Source of the DNA: Cenarchaeum sp.
GTDB lineage: Archaea; Thermoproteota; Nitrososphaeria; Nitrososphaerales; Nitrosopumilaceae
Length of the DNA: 64,000 nt
Direction of reading: 5' to 3'
NCBI GenBank assembly: GCA_963692915.1
Contig: OY843584.1
Span: forward strand, 768,001-832,000
In this document: positions 37,481-48,218 of the stretch, piece after piece
Layout of the letters: every line of letters starts with the position of its first letter
Numbering within the stretch: the stretch's first letter is position 1
Translations under genes and position numbers: made by a program
Notes under the pieces: generated by a model
What the model was told of the DNA's origin: nothing
The model's database searches: none
What the model saw: only the letters and a program-made list of their open reading frames with translations

Positions 37481-38270
37481 CGCGCTTTAGTCCGGCAACA
37501 TACGCGGCAACCTCGCCCTCGATCTTTGGCTGTGGCACAGAAGCTGCCATGCGCACTATGGGGCTGCCGACCACGACAGCATCAGCTCCGGCCCGCACGC
37601 ACTCGCGCACGTCACGGGGCGTGGATATTCCAAAGCCGACGCCGACTGCGGTCCCCCGGGAGACCCTGCGCGCGGCGCGAATTGCGCGAAGCGTATAGGC
37701 GGCAACGCCGCGGCTGACGTGGCCAGTCGTGCCATAGACTGCAACGAGGTACATGAATCCGGACGAGGCGGCCGCTATGCGGGCCATGCGCGCAGGCGAC
37801 GTGTTCGGCGAGGCCAGAAAGACAGTGTCAAGGCCGGCGGCCCTCGAGGCGGCAACATACGCAGATGACTCGTCGACTGGCATGTCTGGCAGTATGACGG
37901 CATCAATGCCGGCCCGAGCCATGCGCGCAGCAAGCCTCCTGACCCCATGGCGCTCAAAGATGTTGGCATATGTCATCGAGACGAGCGGCACGTCGGTTTT
38001 TCGCCGTGTCGCCGATATTGTCTCAAGGTATGTCCCCATCGTCATGCCGCCAGAGAGCGAGACTGTGGCGGCCTCTTGTATGGCCGGCCCGTCAGCCAGC
38101 GGGTCAGAGAAGGGATATCCGAGCTCTATGACATCAGCGCCCCCGCGGACCGCCCCGCGGACTGCAGCGGCTGACGCGCGAGCGCTCGGGTGGCCTGCCA
38201 TGACATACGCGACGAGGGCCGCCTCGCCGGCCCCGCGCAGCGCGTCGAGCCTATCGGCTAGCCGGCCCAT
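37446..38270 (-). CDS. trpA: Tryptophan synthase alpha chain
   Basis: [24 protein letters not shown] and VVVGS. Confidence 0.95.
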   Translation of the reverse strand: MGRLADRLDALRGAGEAALVAYVMAGHPSARASAAAVRGAVRGGADVIELGYPFSDPLADGPAIQEAATVSLSGGMTMGTYLETISATRRKTDVPLVSMTYANIFERHGVRRLAARMARAGIDAVILPDMPVDESSAYVAASRAAGLDTVFLASPNTSPARMARIAAASSGFMYLVAVYGTTGHVSRGVAAYTLRAIRAARRVSRGTAVGVGFGISTPRDVRECVRAGADAVVVGSPIVRMAASVPQPKIEGEVAAYVAGLKRATRQSRRPARR

Positions 38271-39432
38271 TGGCCTCCACCCAGTCTGCCACAACGTCGA
38301 CGTCCTTGTCGCCCCTTCCGGAGAGCGTGACTATGACGGTGTCAGACTTCCTGCCCGCGCGCGCAACCTTTGCTGCCTCGGCAATCGCGTGGGCCGACTC
38401 GAGTGCCGGTATGATGCCCTCTGTGCGCGCAAGGAGGCGAAACGCCCTGATCGCCTCAACGTCAGTCGCCGAGCGATAGTCGACGCGGCGCGTGTCCTTT
38501 AGCCATGCGTGCTCTGGCCCGACTCCCGGATAGTCAAGGCCGGCAGACACGCTGTGCGTTTCAGAGACCTGCCCCTCGGCGTCCTGCATGACATATGTCA
38601 TCATGCCGTGGAGTATTCCGCGCGAGCCGGCCTTTAGTGGCGCAGAGTGCTTGCCTGATCGAACTCCCCTGCCGGCAGCCTCGACTCCGACGAGCTCCAC
38701 CTTCGAGTCGACAAACTCGTGAAACGTCCCTATCGCGTTGGACCCGCCCCCGACGCACGCTATTATCGTGTCTGGCGTGCGGCCGATCGCGCGCGCCTGC
38801 GAGCGTATCTCGTGGCCGATGACTGACTGAAAGTCGCGAACGATCTCCGGATACGGGTGCGGGCCGACTGCCGAGCCGAGGAGGTAGTGCGTCGTGCGCA
38901 CGTTGGCGAGCCAGTCGCGTATGGCCTCGTTGATCGCATCCTTTAGCGTCTTGGAGCCAGACTCGACGGCATGCACACCGGCGCCAAGGAGGCCCATGCG
39001 CGTGACGTTCAGTCGCTGCCTGACCATGTCACGACTGCCCATGTAGACCTCTGCATCAAGGCCAACGCACGCACACGCCATTGCAGTCGCGACGCCGTGC
39101 TGGCCGGCGCCCGTCTCGGCGACGATGCGCTTCTTTTTCATCCTGCGCGCAAGGAGTGCCTGCCCTATCGTGTTGTTTATCTTGTGTGCCCCACCGTGGA
39201 GCAGGTCCTCGCGCTTTAGGTATATCTGCGCGCCGCCGACCTCCTCGCTGAGATTCTTTGCGTGGTATAGCGGCGTCGGGCGGCCTGCATACTCGGCCAG
39301 GAGGCGCGAGAGCTCGCGCCTAAATGTCGCATCGCGCCGGCACGAGCGGTACGCCGACTCGAGCTCCTCGAGTGCGGGCACGAGCGTCTCGGGAACATAC
39401 CTCCCGCCGTACTCGCCAAACCTGCCCCTCAT
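38251..39432 (-). CDS. trpB: Tryptophan synthase beta chain
   Basis: [28 protein letters not shown] and [13 protein letters not shown]. Confidence 0.97.
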   Translation of the reverse strand: MRGRFGEYGGRYVPETLVPALEELESAYRSCRRDATFRRELSRLLAEYAGRPTPLYHAKNLSEEVGGAQIYLKREDLLHGGAHKINNTIGQALLARRMKKKRIVAETGAGQHGVATAMACACVGLDAEVYMGSRDMVRQRLNVTRMGLLGAGVHAVESGSKTLKDAINEAIRDWLANVRTTHYLLGSAVGPHPYPEIVRDFQSVIGHEIRSQARAIGRTPDTIIACVGGGSNAIGTFHEFVDSKVELVGVEAAGRGVRSGKHSAPLKAGSRGILHGMMTYVMQDAEGQVSETHSVSAGLDYPGVGPEHAWLKDTRRVDYRSATDVEAIRAFRLLARTEGIIPALESAHAIAEAAKVARAGRKSDTVIVTLSGRGDKDVDVVADWVEANGPASR

Positions 39433-40202
39433 ATGGCCATCACCAGGCTCCTGACGGACTCGGCTATATTGGCGCTCCTCATTATCGACGTTCCGGCCAG
39501 GAACGCGTCGGCTCCGCACTCGCGCAGGCGCCTGACATCGTCCGGCCCGCCAATCCCGCTCTCCGAGACTATGGGCACGCCGCGCTCGCCGAGGCCGTCA
39601 AGAACGCGGCGCGTCGTGTCGAGGTCCACCTCTAGCGTGTCGAGGTTGCGGTTGTTGACTCCGACCATGTCAGCGCCTGACTCTAGGGCGGCGTCAAGCT
39701 CGGCGCGCGTGTGGGCCTCGAGCAGGACGCCCATGCCGCCGGCGTGTGCCAGGTCGATGAGCTCGTCCCTGTTTGCGGCGAGTCCATGATCAAAGACTGC
39801 CTGTATGAGGAGCACATAGTCTGCGCCCATCTGGCGCGCGGCCTCGAGCTGCCGCGCATCCACGATGATATCCTTCATCAGTATCGGGATGTCGACTGTG
39901 TCCCTGACGAGGGCGAGGTTTGCCGGCGAGCCGTCAAACATGTGCGGTTGCGTGAGAACCGAGAGCGCGACTGCGCCCCCGTCGACCATGAGGCGCGCGA
40001 CGTCTGCCGGATTCGCGCCGCGCAGTATCTCGCCCTCGCTAGGCGAGGAGAACTTTACTTCTGAGATGACCGGCGCATGGGAGTGCTCGCGCACGGCGCG
40101 CACAAGGTCAACGCCAGAGGGCTCGTGGCGCGCGACGCCATCGTACACGCCAGAGTCAATAGCGCTCTGTGAGTTCTTTACGAGCTTTTCTAGCACGCTC
40201 AT
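39429..40202 (-). CDS. trpC: Indole-3-glycerol phosphate synthase
   Basis: [24 protein letters not shown] and SESGI. Confidence 0.95.
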   Translation of the reverse strand: MSVLEKLVKNSQSAIDSGVYDGVARHEPSGVDLVRAVREHSHAPVISEVKFSSPSEGEILRGANPADVARLMVDGGAVALSVLTQPHMFDGSPANLALVRDTVDIPILMKDIIVDARQLEAARQMGADYVLLIQAVFDHGLAANRDELIDLAHAGGMGVLLEAHTRAELDAALESGADMVGVNNRNLDTLEVDLDTTRRVLDGLGERGVPIVSESGIGGPDDVRRLRECGADAFLAGTSIMRSANIAESVRSLVMAI

Positions 40203-41251
40203 GCGCGTCGAGCCTCCTCGAGGAGCGCCGGCTGGCCGCACATTGCGACAAACTCGTCGAGCTTTTTTGATGCGCTACCCGAACGGATCGAGGACATGGC
40301 CATCTCTAGGCCCTCGGCAATGCCTGTGGCCCTGTCGGCGACGACGAGTGCGGCACCGGCGTTGAGTGCGGCCGTCTCGACCATTGCGCGCCGTGCCGAG
40401 CCGTCTATGGCGCCTATGACGGCCGCTAGCGCGTCACGTGCGCCCTCGACGCGCAGGTCTCCGAGCTCAGACTCGCACAGTCCGAGCCCTGATGGGGATA
40501 TGGCCACCTTTTTCACCGCACCGTTGCGCGCAATGACTGCAGTCCCGTCTGACACAGTCGAGAGCTCATCGAGGCCATTGGCAGACCGTACCGCCATGGC
40601 GCACGCCGAGCCGCGCCGCGCGAGTATCTCCGGCAGCATGTCTAGGTGCAGGGACGAGCTGACGCCTACGAGCTGGCGATTCACGCGCGCCGGATTTGCG
40701 AGGGGGCCGAGAAGGTTTAGCGCGGTTCTAGTGCCTGAGATCATCTTGCGCGCCGCCGCCGCTGCCCTCATGGCCGGATGGAACTTGGGCGCAAACATAA
40801 ACCCAATGCCGCACGTCTCGATGGCCGTGGCGACTGTACCAGGGTCAGAGTCGAGATCCATGCCGAGTGACGCAAAGATGTCTGCGCTGCCCACGCCTCC
40901 TGATGATGACCTGTTGCCGTGCTTGGCGACAGTCGCGCCGGCGGCAGCGGCGACAAAGGCCGCTGCAGTCGAGACGTTGAACGTGTGCGCGCCGTCACCA
41001 CCTGTTCCGCACACGTCTATGGCGTCCGGCCTGGAGAGGGTCACGCCAACGCTGCGCTCCATCATCACATCGAGCATCCCCTCGAGCTCGTCGGTGACCT
41101 CGCCCCTAGCCGCAAGCGAGGAGAGAAACTCCGCAATGTCAGCATCACGCGCATCACCAGAGAGAATCTCTCGCATTGCGGCGGCGGCCTCTGCGTGCTC
41201 CAGTGTCGAGCCGGCACTGACGCGTGCGGCCATCTCGCCTAGGGCGCTCAT
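40199..41251 (-). CDS. trpD: Anthranilate phosphoribosyltransferase
   Basis: CGTGGDG..FNVST, KHGNR, FHPAM and GLDE. Confidence 0.95.
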   Translation of the reverse strand: MSALGEMAARVSAGSTLEHAEAAAAMREILSGDARDADIAEFLSSLAARGEVTDELEGMLDVMMERSVGVTLSRPDAIDVCGTGGDGAHTFNVSTAAAFVAAAAGATVAKHGNRSSSGGVGSADIFASLGMDLDSDPGTVATAIETCGIGFMFAPKFHPAMRAAAAARKMISGTRTALNLLGPLANPARVNRQLVGVSSSLHLDMLPEILARRGSACAMAVRSANGLDELSTVSDGTAVIARNGAVKKVAISPSGLGLCESELGDLRVEGARDALAAVIGAIDGSARRAMVETAALNAGAALVVADRATGIAEGLEMAMSSIRSGSASKKLDEFVAMCGQPALLEEARRA

Positions 41252-41841
41252 TTCATGCCCTCCACGATGCGCACAAAGTTTGCTAGTATGCGCTCGCCCT
41301 CGGCAGTCATTATCGACTCGGGGTGGAACTGGACGCCAAATATCGGCAGTGTCTTGTGGCGAACAGCCATGACCTCGCCGTCATCATCGGCGACGGCAGT
41401 CACCTCGAGTGAGTCGGGGATGGTCGTCGACTCGCCGACGAGTGAGTGGTACCTCGTTGCGCGAAACGGGCTGCCAACGCCCTCAAAGAGCGCGTCTCCG
41501 GTGTGGCTCACGGGACTAGTCTTGCCGTGGCGCACGTTTGCCGCATTGGTCACGCGGCCGCCAAACGAGCTGATGATCCCCTGGTGGCCAAGGCACACGC
41601 CTAGGAGCGGCGTGCGCCCGCCTAGCTCCTCTATGGCCTGGCGCGAGACTCCAAAGTCGCGCGCGCTCTCTGGCGTGCCGGGTCCGGGCGATATGACTAT
41701 CGCATCGTATGCGCGACGCGCAATCTCGCCTGCGTCGATCGCGTCATTCCTGATGACGTCAGTCTCGACTCCGAGGCGGCCCAGGGCCTGCGCGATATTG
41801 TAGACGAACGAGTCATAGTTGTCTATTATGAGGAACCTCAT
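41248..41841 (-). CDS. trpG: Anthranilate synthase component II
   Basis: IDNYDSF, SPGPG, GVCLGHQ, RYHSL and QFHPES. Confidence 0.95.
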   Translation of the reverse strand: MRFLIIDNYDSFVYNIAQALGRLGVETDVIRNDAIDAGEIARRAYDAIVISPGPGTPESARDFGVSRQAIEELGGRTPLLGVCLGHQGIISSFGGRVTNAANVRHGKTSPVSHTGDALFEGVGSPFRATRYHSLVGESTTIPDSLEVTAVADDDGEVMAVRHKTLPIFGVQFHPESIMTAEGERILANFVRIVEGMK

Positions 41842-43190
41842 TGCGAGGCCTCCCCTAGCGCCTCGATGAGCGCGCCGGCCTTGTGCTCGGTCTCCTGCAG
41901 CTCGCGCTCGGGAACCGAGTCATAGACGATTCCGGCGCCTGACTGCACGTATCCGCTGCCGTTGCCGAGGAACATGCTGCGTATTGCGATCGCAAAGTCG
42001 CACGAGCCGTTGGACGCAAAATAGCCCACGGCGCCGGCATAGCCCCCGCGCGCCCTGCGCTCAAGTGAGGATATTATCTCCATCGCGCGAACCTTTGGGG
42101 CTCCCGTGACCGTGCCGGCCGGAAAGACGGCGCCAAAGGCGTCAAAGGCATCCGAGTCGGCCGCAAGCGTGCCAGTCACGTGTGTGACCATGTGCTGCAC
42201 GTGGCTAAACCTCTTGACTGACATTAGATCCTCGACTTTGACCGAGCCTGCCTTGCAGACGCGTCCAATGTCATTGCGCCCAAGGTCCACCAACATGACG
42301 TGCTCGGCGACCTCCTTTTCATCGTGCGTCATCTCTTCGCCCAGTGCGCCATCGCGCTCGTCGTCCCCCGTGATGGGTCGCGTTCCGGCTATCGGAAATG
42401 TCTCGACACGATCGCCGGTAACGCGCACGAGCATCTCGGGGCTAGCGCCCATGACGGACCTGTTGCGCAGCTTCATGTGATAGAGGTATGGCGACGGGTT
42501 TAGCTCGCGCAGTCTCTCGTACACGCGCATGGGGTCACCGGAGAACTCAAAGCTAAACCTGCGCGAGAGGACGGCCTGGAATATGTCGCCGTCGCGCACG
42601 TGCCCGCGAGCCTTCTCGACGATGCGCTCAAACTCGCCGGCCTCAGGCGCAGCATGCACACGCGAGTGCGAGAACGGCGCGCGTTTGGGCTCGTCGAGGC
42701 CAATCTCGCCAGACCTGTCCTCGCGCGTAAAGAAATAGTACGGCCTGCCCTCGGCGCTGTCAAACAGAATGCCGTCGCTATACACGCCAAACTCCATGAG
42801 CGGCACGTCTCCCCTCGGCGCGAGTCGCCTCTCCCAGAGGCCGACGGCCTCATAGTCCACAATTCCGACGGCACCACCAAGGTAGCGGTACCTCTGCGAG
42901 CGTGTCCTAGGCAGGATTTTGCGCAGCTCGCCTATTGGGTCATCGGTGCAGATGACGCGCTCGGCGCCGTCGCGCCCCTCGATGACGAGCCTGTCAGCAT
43001 ACCCCGTTATCGTCTCGTCGGGATCAAATCCTATTATCGACGTCTCGGCAAGCGTCTCAGGACCGGTCAGAGACTCAAAGAGGAACGCCTGGTCGCAGGA
43101 GGAGGCGACGCGCCGGTATATCTCAAACTGGGTGCCCTCTACCTCAAGGGGTCGTATCTGCGGCTCGGCCATGTCTCCAAAGGTGCCCAC
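41838..43190 (-). CDS. trpE: Anthranilate synthase component I
   Basis: NPSPY, ASPE, PIAGTR, EHVMLVDLGRND and FPAGTVTGAPK. Confidence 0.95.
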   Translation of the reverse strand: MGTFGDMAEPQIRPLEVEGTQFEIYRRVASSCDQAFLFESLTGPETLAETSIIGFDPDETITGYADRLVIEGRDGAERVICTDDPIGELRKILPRTRSQRYRYLGGAVGIVDYEAVGLWERRLAPRGDVPLMEFGVYSDGILFDSAEGRPYYFFTREDRSGEIGLDEPKRAPFSHSRVHAAPEAGEFERIVEKARGHVRDGDIFQAVLSRRFSFEFSGDPMRVYERLRELNPSPYLYHMKLRNRSVMGASPEMLVRVTGDRVETFPIAGTRPITGDDERDGALGEEMTHDEKEVAEHVMLVDLGRNDIGRVCKAGSVKVEDLMSVKRFSHVQHMVTHVTGTLAADSDAFDAFGAVFPAGTVTGAPKVRAMEIISSLERRARGGYAGAVGYFASNGSCDFAIAIRSMFLGNGSGYVQSGAGIVYDSVPERELQETEHKAGALIEALGEASQ

Positions 43191-43304
43191 CCATGCGATC
43201 CATCACATGGTCATCGGTATTTAAGGGTGGCTAGGCGTCAGGTGCGTCTAGGCGTGCTGGCACCCTCTGAATGATATTTATAGTACCGTACTATACCTGC
43301 TGCC

Positions 43305-43412
43305 ATGCTCAAGTGTGAGTACTGTGAGGGCAACTTTGCGGTGAGCCAGATCGGCCTCGCCGAGAAGCTCCTTCACAAGATTGTCCAGCATCCGGACGAC
43401 ATAAACAGGTAG
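43305..43412 (+). CDS. 35-aa C2H2-like microprotein
   Basis: MLKCEYCEGNFAVSQIGLAEKLLHKIVQHPDDINR*, with TTTATA about 23 nt upstream and a poly-T tract after the stop. Confidence 0.7.
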   Translation: MLKCEYCEGNFAVSQIGLAEKLLHKIVQHPDDINR

Positions 43413-43474
43413 CGCCACGGCGTAGTTTTTTTACCATCTCCTTTTTTATTCCCCCCTTTTTGGAGCGTGTCACG

Positions 43475-45022
43475 ATGGCGACAAGGACGCTCAAAAAAGC
43501 AACCCCCAAGAGGGCCGCCACGGCAGCCCGAAAGGCGGCAAAGCCCAAGGCGGCGCCCAGAAAGCCGGCCGTCAAAAAGGCGGCCTCCAAGAGGGCAGCC
43601 ACGGCCAAGCCCAAGGCTGCGCCCAAAAAGCCGGCCGTCAAAAAGGCGGTGACCAAAAAGGCGCCCTCGAGGACCACGGCAGCGAGCGCACGAACACTAG
43701 AGGCCCTGGCAAAAAAGGTCACGGCCGTCTCAAAGGACACGCATGCGCTCTCTGGTGACCTCAGGTCGATGGCCAAGATATTCGGAGACAACCAAAAGAT
43801 ACTCGTCTCGATGAAGGGCGTCATGGAGGAGATCGCCGACGCGCTAGACGCAATCCAAAAGCAGTCAAAGAGGATCGGCTCACTAGAGACTGACACGCAG
43901 AAAATCTTTGCAGGCATTGGCGAGATGCGCGCGCACGCGCGAATCATAGCAAAGCTTGACTCACAGTCCACAAAGATGGAAGAGACAGTTCGCGGGATCA
44001 AGGAGCGCTCTGACTCGGCAAGTGGGCTAGATGAGATATCCAAAAAGGTCGACGAGAGTTTTGGCTCCATAAAGAACAACTCGGAGATGATAATCAAGAT
44101 CGGCAGGCACATCGACGGCATGCGAGAGGACATTGGCGGCCTCTCGACGCGAGCCTCATCAGTAGAGTCGGTTCAGGACGATCTCGCGAGGCTAAAGGCG
44201 CTCTTTGAGGAGGCCCAGGCAAGCCATTCTGGTGACGCCGACCTTGCCGCCGAGCTGGGCGCGATGTCAAAAAAGGTCTCCGAGCTATCGCAGCTTCCCT
44301 CAGATGTGGGCGCGCTGAATAGGAGGCTCGAGGAGATCTCTGGCGCCTCGGGCACGCTCGGGCCCATCGTCGAGGAGCTCAGGGAGCAGGTCTCGCGTGT
44401 GGCCGAACGCGCAAGCGCAGGCTCGGGGGACATCGAGTCGGTTCGCGCCGAGTTCTCCACGATGCGCGAGGAGGTCACAGGGCGTGCAGGGCGCCTAGAG
44501 TCCGGCATCGCCTCAGTCACCGACGCGCTAGGGCGCTCAGAGGGCGCTGTCGCCGAGGTCCACAAAAAGGCAGACGCGCTCTTTGAGGAGGTGCGTGCAC
44601 TGCGTGGCGAGGGCCAAAAGGCGGCAGGATCGTCATCAAGTGAGATAATGGCCCTGTTGCGCCTTTCTGAGTACCAGTCCGGCGTGCGCATGGTCGCCGA
44701 GTCAAAATACGGCGAGGTCTCTGACCTTGAGCGCATGGCCTCACAGACAGTCGACGTGCTAAACGTCTTTGACAGGCTAGCCGTGGAGACGGGCTCGGAG
44801 GTTCGCCTCCCTCACGGCGTGAGGCAGTGGGCAGTCTCAAAGATACTAGAGTGCGCCGACAGGTGGGAGATACGCTTCTCAGACGTCCTAGGTGTACTGC
44901 GCGACAAGCTTGGCGTCACGCTCCTAAAGGAGGCAGTCAGGATGAGCCAGGTTCGCGAGGTTTACGGCACGCGCGCAGTAGATGAGCTCGAGGGCATTCT
45001 CGCCGAGCACGCCGGCTCCTAG
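43475..45022 (+). CDS. Long coiled-coil protein with histone-H1-like K/A/P-rich N-terminus
   Basis: About 65-aa KAAPKKPAVKK repeats, then heptad-like helices and a globular C-terminus. Confidence 0.8.
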   Translation: MATRTLKKATPKRAATAARKAAKPKAAPRKPAVKKAASKRAATAKPKAAPKKPAVKKAVTKKAPSRTTAASARTLEALAKKVTAVSKDTHALSGDLRSMAKIFGDNQKILVSMKGVMEEIADALDAIQKQSKRIGSLETDTQKIFAGIGEMRAHARIIAKLDSQSTKMEETVRGIKERSDSASGLDEISKKVDESFGSIKNNSEMIIKIGRHIDGMREDIGGLSTRASSVESVQDDLARLKALFEEAQASHSGDADLAAELGAMSKKVSELSQLPSDVGALNRRLEEISGASGTLGPIVEELREQVSRVAERASAGSGDIESVRAEFSTMREEVTGRAGRLESGIASVTDALGRSEGAVAEVHKKADALFEEVRALRGEGQKAAGSSSSEIMALLRLSEYQSGVRMVAESKYGEVSDLERMASQTVDVLNVFDRLAVETGSEVRLPHGVRQWAVSKILECADRWEIRFSDVLGVLRDKLGVTLLKEAVRMSQVREVYGTRAVDELEGILAEHAGS

Positions 45023-47007
45023 GCTTCGCGCTCGAGCTGTGACTTTTTGCGCTTTAGTGCCGTGAACACAACGAGGAGTCCGGCGATCCAGACGCATGCG
45101 AGGAGGATGTTCGTGATGCTCACGTACATGTAGGGCGTCGCGTTCACAATGTTCTCGCGTATCTCTAGCGCACTCTCCCTTATGCTCGACATGCCCGTAT
45201 GGTATGCAGCACTTGACGTGTCAGCCGAGCCAAGCGAGTCTGCAGTCTGGCGCATCTGCACAAGGGCCGCCTGCATGAGCGCAAAGTCCGTCTCGGCAGT
45301 CGGGAATATCCACACGGGGTTGCCCTCCTCGGGCAGCGCGCCGGCGGCCATGCTCACCATCTCGGAGACCTGTCCCGGAGCCGTCTCGCGCGCAATGTCG
45401 CTCAGGTACCCGCGCGAGAGGTCTAGCGGATAGACTGTTGTGCGGTATCCCTCAAATGAGGCCACGCCGCCGACTATGATGATTGCGATGATGCCCACTA
45501 GTGCCATAGTGTAGGGTCGATTTGCCATCCTCTCGCGTCGGCTCGCCGGTGCTGCTCTTTTAAATCTTGAATGCGCCAGGCTATAGCCGGCCACATACAT
45601 GAATCCGGCCGTCTGTATGCCGATTATCGGGACAAAGACGGGCTGCGAGGAGAATATGGCCACAAAGATGCCCATGACGCCATAGACGGCAAAGAATATC
45701 TCCAAGAGTGTCGTCTTTGTGAAGGGCAGGTTGTACTCCTTGCCACGCCACTCATCAGCAGTGCCCTTGATCCCGTGCTTTGGAGTCCTGAGGAACTCGC
45801 TCCTCTTGCCAAATATCGCGTCCATCACGGCGACTGTGTTAGTCACTGCCATCCCCGCGCTGTAGATAAAGAGGGCCGGCAGGACACGGGCCTTTTTTGC
45901 CCACGACTCGCCATACATGCTCTGAACGACCATGACGTAGGCTGCCGGCCCGAGCGCAAGGTACGCCGCTATCGTTATGGCCGGCAGGCCAACGGCATAG
46001 AGGTTGACGTTGGCCATGAGAAGTATTGGCAGCGCGAGGAATTGGACGAGTGTGAGCGGAAAGACGATGTGGCGAGTCAGCTGCACGAACGCCTGCAGCT
46101 TTGTGCTTAGCGCTATCCCACGCCGCGCGACGATTTCCGTGAGGAGCTTTACTGCGCACTGGATCGAGCCCTTTGCCCACCTGAACTGTTGCCTCTTTAC
46201 TGCGTTCATCTGCGCTGGCAGCTCGGCGTCAACTACGACGTCGGGGAGGAATATGCACCTCCAGCCGCGCATCTGCGCGCGATAGCTGAGGTCAAGGTCC
46301 TCGACTAGCGTCGCGTCATGCCATCCACCCGCGTCGACGATGCACTCGCGCCGCCATATTCCGGCGGTCCCGTTAAAGTTCATGAACAGGCCAGAGTCGC
46401 TCTTTGCGCGCTGCTCGACAAGAAAGTGTATGTCGAGGCTTATGGCCTGCACGCGCGTTATCGACGAGTACCCCTCGTTAAGGTGTCCCCACCTGCACTG
46501 CACAAAGCCGATCTCGGGGCGCGTAAACTGTGGTATTGCGCGGCGCAGGAACCACGGTGGCGGCACAAAGTCCGCATCAAATATGGCCACGAGATCCGAT
46601 GTCGTGGACTTCATCGCGTGGCGGAGCGCGCCGGCCTTGTAGCCCTTTCGTGAGTCACGGCGGACGTGCTCGATGTCCGTGCCAGACTCGCGCCACGTCC
46701 TGACCATGTCTCCCACGAGGGCAGTCGTGTCATCATCCGAGTCATCAAGGACCATTATGTGCAGTCGGTCGCGGGGATAGTCGAGCCTGCAGACGGCATC
46801 TATTAGGCGCGCGGCGACATACTTTTCATTGTATATTGGCAGGTGAACCGTCACGCTAGGCTCGTCATCCGAGTCTAGCACGGCAGCGGGGCGCCGGCGG
46901 CTAGAGATTATGGCGAGGTAGTAAAAGTTCATCGTGTACGCCATGATAAGCACGGCTGACACGATAAAGAGGTCAAAGACCAGCTGCGTTAGGGGATTTG
47001 AGGCCAC
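45019..47007 (-). CDS. Membrane GT2 glycosyltransferase (cellulose synthase-like)
   Basis: PIYNE, DDS, YKAGAL, FDADF, VEDLD and QQFRW (QxxRW), plus multiple TM helices. Confidence 0.92.
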   Translation of the reverse strand: MASNPLTQLVFDLFIVSAVLIMAYTMNFYYLAIISSRRRPAAVLDSDDEPSVTVHLPIYNEKYVAARLIDAVCRLDYPRDRLHIMVLDDSDDDTTALVGDMVRTWRESGTDIEHVRRDSRKGYKAGALRHAMKSTTSDLVAIFDADFVPPPWFLRRAIPQFTRPEIGFVQCRWGHLNEGYSSITRVQAISLDIHFLVEQRAKSDSGLFMNFNGTAGIWRRECIVDAGGWHDATLVEDLDLSYRAQMRGWRCIFLPDVVVDAELPAQMNAVKRQQFRWAKGSIQCAVKLLTEIVARRGIALSTKLQAFVQLTRHIVFPLTLVQFLALPILLMANVNLYAVGLPAITIAAYLALGPAAYVMVVQSMYGESWAKKARVLPALFIYSAGMAVTNTVAVMDAIFGKRSEFLRTPKHGIKGTADEWRGKEYNLPFTKTTLLEIFFAVYGVMGIFVAIFSSQPVFVPIIGIQTAGFMYVAGYSLAHSRFKRAAPASRRERMANRPYTMALVGIIAIIIVGGVASFEGYRTTVYPLDLSRGYLSDIARETAPGQVSEMVSMAAGALPEEGNPVWIFPTAETDFALMQAALVQMRQTADSLGSADTSSAAYHTGMSSIRESALEIRENIVNATPYMYVSITNILLACVWIAGLLVVFTALKRKKSQLEREA

Positions 47008-47053
47008 GTGCCACAGGCTGCCGGTCCGCTCACTTATAATCTAGCGCACAGGA

Positions 47054-48013
47054 CTAGGACTTCATCTCGAAGATCTTTATCGCCTTTGGGGGGCAGACGC
47101 CCTCGCAAGCGAGGCAGAATATACAGTCAGGCTCCTTTGACATTAGCGGCTTTTTCCCTGACGCTGCGTTGCCCGGCGTGTCAAACCACTCGTACACGTC
47201 AACGGGGCATGCGTCAATGCACGCGCCGTCTGCAACGCATATGTCAAAGTCAACGGAGACGAACTCGCCCCAGACGCCCATCACCGCATTGTCATCACCC
47301 TTGCGACCCCACGTCTTTATCGTGTGCTCGCCGTCGGCTACCTTGTACGGCGAGGATGCGGGCATGTGCGACTTGTATTCAATGTCTATGGGGCCAGGCT
47401 TTGCGCCTTCAGGAACCTCGACTGCGAGCTCGACTGCCGGAGCCGGCGTGCCGTCAGCTGCTGCAGGTGCCGGAGCGACTGGCTTTGGCTTGCCGCCGGG
47501 AACAATCTTTGCGAGTGGCGTCATCTCCTCGAGCCTCGATATCGCCTCGGCCTTTGTGACCTTTTCGGACTTTGCGAGCGACTCGACCATCTTGTCGGCC
47601 ACGATGGTGTTGCGCATGATCGTGTCTATGACCATCTTTGCGTAATGGTCTGCCTTTTTGCGATAGTCCGTGACCCATTGCGGGTCGCCAAACTTTTCGA
47701 GCGGAAAGACCTGGTATATGATGTCAGTCACCTCGCCGGTGACTATCTCGACTGTGACTGACAGGTCGACTGACTCGGAGTCCTCCCCGTCACGCCTCTC
47801 GGTCCACGAGTGCGTCGCGTAGATGCGGTCTGCATACGTGTCCATGTCGAACGTCTTTTTGAGGCCGTCAGTGATCGACTTTATCTCGGCGGGCTCGTCG
47901 ATCTTTACGGGCAGGCGATAGAGGCCTAGCTTGTAGCCGTGGAGTGGATAGACGCCGCGCTTGGCAGTGGCCGCCTCCATGGTGTAAACTCTGTCCTTTA
48001 GGAGCAGTGACAC
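47054..48013 (-). CDS. Ferredoxin fusion protein (N-terminal unknown domain + Zfx-type dicluster ferredoxin)
   Basis: CVADGACIDACP and CIFCLACEGVCP motifs at the C-terminus, after a Pro/Ala linker. Confidence 0.85.
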   Translation of the reverse strand: MSLLLKDRVYTMEAATAKRGVYPLHGYKLGLYRLPVKIDEPAEIKSITDGLKKTFDMDTYADRIYATHSWTERRDGEDSESVDLSVTVEIVTGEVTDIIYQVFPLEKFGDPQWVTDYRKKADHYAKMVIDTIMRNTIVADKMVESLAKSEKVTKAEAISRLEEMTPLAKIVPGGKPKPVAPAPAAADGTPAPAVELAVEVPEGAKPGPIDIEYKSHMPASSPYKVADGEHTIKTWGRKGDDNAVMGVWGEFVSVDFDICVADGACIDACPVDVYEWFDTPGNAASGKKPLMSKEPDCIFCLACEGVCPPKAIKIFEMKS

Positions 48014-48218
48014 TGGCAGGGCGCACCGTGGGTTTGCTTAAAAACCTTCTCGGAGGTACGCGCCGAGGGCGCCTAGATCGCAAGGAGGCGAAATGGCCGG
48101 GCAGTGGGCGCACCGAACAGGGCGTGAGCAGGGCCGGCATCGGTATGCTTTTGGTATGTCAGGTCACACTCGTCATTTCCGGAAAATGGCTGCAGGCCGC
48201 AACAGATGGGCAGCGGCG

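Noticed and set aside
40296-41372. 358-aa + strand ORF and many similar long antisense ORFs (e.g. 43309-44133, 24507-25244)
   Set aside because: Shadow frames of well-supported genes in GC-rich DNA.
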